Source: Macrostomum lignano (lineage: Eukaryota). From it: a stretch of 64,000 nucleotides of DNA. The position numbers were made by a program, and so were the translations under genes. This document shows, in pieces, positions 60,131 to 64,000 of the stretch. Position 1 is the stretch's first letter. Each line of letters opens with the position of its first letter. The notes under the pieces are model-generated. The model was not told the origin of the DNA, made no database searches, and worked only from the letters and a program-made list of their open reading frames with translations. The DNA lies in contig NIVC01002316.1 of NCBI GenBank assembly GCA_002269645.1, forward strand, positions 11,592-75,591, in the 5' to 3' direction.

Positions 60131-60679
60131 TAAATTTTATTAATCGTGATCAGCGTCCTTAATTTCAATGCAAAAACACAATACTGAGCGCTCTTGTCTA
60201 TTCTTTGAAATATACACAGGAATTTTTAATTTACTTAATCTATAGCAAATTAATCCCTTTATCCAATCTCCTTATCTGCACAGATTAACAAGCACTTGAT
60301 GGGGCGATCGCCATAGGGATTACTATTGCCGCAGGCAGAATGTATTCAAAGTCTAGATTGCAATTTCTGTTCATGCCTCACCTCTTCTAAAGATTTCTAA
60401 TCAGAAATGATTTCGGGAATACTAATATTCAACCCACGATTTAACAAGAAGAGATTGGTGCAGGAGCATACATGAGAGCCATTAGTGCACTATACTCGCA
60501 TATAGAGCGAAATTCAATGCTCCGCGCTGGCAACTGCAGACTTTGGAAGGTGTGTGGGAGGGAATTGGCGATGAAAGGTGGACTTGGTATAGGTAATTTT
60601 AAATGGCAAAGGGAGTTTTAAGATAGGTGAGAGCTTAAGGTGCAGATAAAATGGAAATGAGACAGTCAGACAGAGTGGG

Positions 60680-61068
60680 TTAATTGTGTTTAGAAAAGAG
60701 ACGGATTGTGTTTATAAAAGACACATATTGTGTTTAGAAAGAGACAGATTGTGTTTAGAAAAGATACAGATTGTGTTTAGAAAGAGACGGATTGTGTTTA
60801 GAGACAGATTGTGTTTATAAAAGACACATATTGTGTTTAGAAAGAGACAGATTGTGTTTAGAAAGAGACAGATTGTGTTTAGAAAGAGACAGATTGTGAT
60901 TAGAAAAGACGGATTGTGTTTAGAAAGAGACAGATTGTGTTTAGAAAGAGACAGATTGTGTTTAGAAAGAGACGGATTGTGTTTAGAAAGAGACGGATTG
61001 TGTTTAGAAAGAGACGGATTGTGTTTAGAGACAGATTGTGTTTATAAAAGAGACAGATTGTGTTTAAA
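60680..61068. repeat. 21-bp minisatellite (TTGTGTTTAGAAAGAGACAGA)
   Basis: Direct reading. Confidence 0.92.
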
Positions 61069-61686
61069 ATGAGCAGGTAATGTCAGCCAATAAATTTCAA
61101 CCATATATTATTTATATTGACGCACTTAGCAGACAAAGTAAAGCCTCGCATAGTTATAAATTTATTTTGACAACTTTAACTGTTTGATTCATACAGACCA
61201 AAAACAGGGCGAAAACTGGGGTGGCAGTAGACGGTACACCGTAGACTCAATTATCTAACCAGCCCACAAGGCATTACAACTAGCTTTACTGTAATCTGAA
61301 ATTACATTGTCGTGTGCGGACTTGTACACTAAGTACATCTTGTCCTTTATATCGCTAATTGAGCCCGCTAGCTAATACAAGCGTTTAAATCCATCAGTTA
61401 AGATAAAGCCGCAAAAACTAGGAGAAGCGATCGGAGAGGAAAGGAAAAAAATTGAAAAAAAAGAAGCAAGAACAGTCAGTTATTGAGGAAAAACTTAGAG
61501 AAATAGGCTTTACTTTCTGCTCAAACAAAACAATCTTTCTTTGTTTATCTGAACTAAATTATCTGGTAATATTTTCAAAAGTGAAAATAAATTGGGCCAA
61601 ACACCTCAGCAGCAGAGTAAAAGTGCAACATTTAGTCTGAGTTGTTCCGTTATTGTCAAGGGAGTTCGTCATTTTGTTATATTTTC

Positions 61687-63981
61687 TCAGGCCAAGACCT
61701 TGCTCCGTTCGCGGGTGATGCCCGTCTTGAGCATGTTGCCATCGGTCTGAGTTATCGGCTTGGTTGCTAGCGGTTTCTAACGTCGGCCGTGCGCCTATCG
61801 AGCATGATTGAGTTGGTCTTCTCGGCCAGGTCAGCGTTGATTCGGTCCAGCTGCTTCTGCAGGCCGTCGAGGTTGTGCCTGAGGGGTTGGAGGCGAGGGT
61901 GGAGGGCTTAGAATGATGACGGAGTCGGAGCAGGTAAGATGACTGAGTCGATGAGTTGAGTGCAGGAGAGATGACTGAGTCGATTGATTTGAGTGCAGGA
62001 GAGATGACTGAGTCGATTGATTTGAGTGCAGGAGAGATGACTGAGTCGATTGATTTGAGTGCAGGAAAGATGATTGAGTCGATGGAGTCAGTGTGAATGT
62101 ATTTACATGTTGTATGTAAATATTTATGTGTTTCAAGTCGACTTTATCTTCCAGCTTCTCACCGACATCATTTATTCGCATTTCCTTTTCATTCTGCCCT
62201 GAGCTGCTCAAATCCATCTCAATTTCAAACCCAAACCGGAGCGAGAATAATGATCTACTTGGCTCATCTTTGGCGAGCAATTTTCGAATCCTGGCGTCTC
62301 TCGTCGATAACAGCTGCTGCACTGCGGCTAGAGTTCATGCCTTCCCTCTCTTGCTCGGAGTCACTCTGTCCAAGCAAGCAATCTACAGTGCTGCTGTGTG
62401 CTCATCTTCATTTAGACATTGCTTTCCCCTTTCCGAGAAACTCGAGTTCCTCCCCCCCTCGATCTTCCTCCTCCCCCCTTCTCTCAAAATGAGTTCAATT
62501 TTCTCCTGACTGATCCACTTACCGGACCGGCAGCTCTTTTTAAAGTGCAGGTGAGATTGTGTTTTTTAAATAATAATTTGCAACAAATCTACTATTAGTA
62601 GCTAAGAAATAGAAGTATAATTAAGGCATACCGAGCCTGCTTGAGCTTGTCGTAGAGAGCGTCTTTGCTGGCCTTGATCTGCTGCACCTCGTCGGTGAGG
62701 CCGTACTGCACCGCGTCTCGGCACAGCTCCACGCCCGGCCGGGTTGTCCGGTTCTCCAGGCGAGTCTCGGCCAGTTTAGCTGGCGGAATCTTCGCTTTGA
62801 TTGCCTCCTCCAGGGCGCGAATGTCCCGCTCGAGTTCGGCGATCTCGTCCTCAGTCTGCTGCTTCTGCCACTCGAGTTCGTCCTTGGCCTGTTCGTGGGA
62901 TTAAGAGGTCGGGTTTACAATCTTTGACAGAAAAAAATTGGTTGAAGACATTCGGACGAAGAGTTTGGAGATAGAGAGTTTGGATGAAAGATTTATGAGA
63001 TGACTTCAAAGTTTTGAGCATTGAACTCAAAGATGATGCAGTGTCGATCCCCTCAGCCTGACCTGCTCCTCTTCGTGCAGTCGCTTCCTCAGCGCGTAGT
63101 CGCTGGCCTGCCGCTGGACTCCAGGTCGTTGTCCGTGTCGTGGATGGTCCGGTGGGCGGCCTCGCGCAGGCGGCCGCTAGACGCGATCTCAGCCTTGGCC
63201 CGGTCCACATTGTACCGGCTGAAGTCCTCCCACTGCTGCGGGGTGGTGCTGCCCTTGGGCACCCGAGTGGGGTTCGGCTTGTAGGAGATGTTGGGGCTCT
63301 GCTCGTTCAGATTGTACTGATCGATGTCGATGCCCAGAGCGATGTTCTTGTTCTGCAGGTCGGCCAGGATCTGCTGGCGGGCCTCCTGCAGGACGCACAG
63401 CTGCTCGAACTGCTCGTCAACTTTCTGCTGAAGATTGCGCTTGGCCTTAGCAATCACCTCTTGCTCCTAGACGATAGCAATATGCATTGTAAATAACTCA
63501 TTCGAGCTACTAACAGTATGTATGTTAGCAAATTATTGATACTTTATCGAGAAAACGGTGAAACCATGACTAACCTTGCGCAGCTGATGCTCGATCTCGT
63601 CCTCAACGTTATCGATGCTTCGACGTCCGTCACGAACAGTCAGGCACTCGTTGACGGTGTCAGTGGCAGGTTCTTGCGCTCCAGAGCCTCCTCGGTCTGC
63701 TCCTTGGACTCGCTCAGCTTGGCAATTTCGGCATCAAGGTCGCCCAAAGTCTGCTCGAGGATTTCCTTCCACTTGCGGATGACATCGACGCGGTCGCCAG
63801 ACGGGTGTTGTTGTCCTTCTGGTCCCATTTGGTCTTGTTGTCGTCTCGTTGCGCAGGAATCGGCCTCCTGGCGCACCTGATCGGAGCTTCTCGCTGGCGC
63901 TCGGCGTTAGACGAAATCGCGTACGCGTTGGTGAACCAGTCCACTGGCTGATACTGGCGTTTGCTTTGTCTCTGTTGCCAT
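61687..63981 (-). CDS. TEKT2: Tektin-2; exons 63981-63575, 63466-63063, 62888-62632, 61878-61687; about nine single-base frameshifts in this sequence
   Basis: Tektin nonapeptide RPGVELCRD, plus DWFTNAYAISSNAERQR, SPNISYKPNPTRVPKGSTTPQQWEDFSRYN and QYGLTDEV matching the TEKT2 subfamily. Canonical GT-AG introns with consistent phases. Confidence 0.92.
61935..62085. repeat. ~33-bp minisatellite in TEKT2 intron 3
   Basis: TGAGTGCAGGAGAGATGACTGAGTCGATTGATT, about 4 copies. Confidence 0.85.
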
Positions 63982-63987
63982 GGCGAT
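63974..63987. promoter_or_regulatory. RFX X-box overlapping the TEKT2 start codon (GTTGCCATGGCGAT)
   Basis: 13/14 match to GTYRCCATGGYRAC; the central CAT is the start codon on the minus strand. Confidence 0.55.
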
Positions 63988-64000
63988 TTTTTGGTTGTCT

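Overview
Eukaryotic (animal) genomic DNA; no rRNA, intact tRNA or CRISPR array was seen. The GC-rich, Ala/Gly-rich exons and minisatellite-filled introns resemble a free-living flatworm such as Macrostomum, but this is inference only. Supported genes: an intronless SLC22-family transporter (+, 8525-10246); a six-exon sacsin-like gene of about 3,000 aa (-, 21622-35471) with two GHKL/SRR repeats, a J-like domain lacking HPD and a HEPN domain; an NFIL3/vrille bZIP gene (-, 38703 to at least 42713); a PH+PTB DOK/IRS-like adaptor (-, 56121-57482); TEKT2 (-, 61687-63981); and two orphan genes at the left end. The 11.2-17.4 kb region is a transposon stack. A decayed Penelope-like retroelement with a degenerate hammerhead ribozyme is interrupted by a 3.3-kb hAT-type element (itself holding a mariner-type MITE) and by a hAT-type MITE, with a second MITE copy nearby. 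About twenty distinct tandem arrays occur. Several are built from functional motifs: 5' splice-site consensus, a 3' splice-site mimic, AP-1 sites and G-tracts. The sacsin 3' end and TEKT2 carry many single-base frameshifts, most likely consensus errors. I found no unambiguous novel multi-gene system. The best leads are the HPD-less sacsin/HEPN protein, the splice-signal minisatellites, the Tyr-less DOK-like adaptor and the nested PLE/ribozyme locus.
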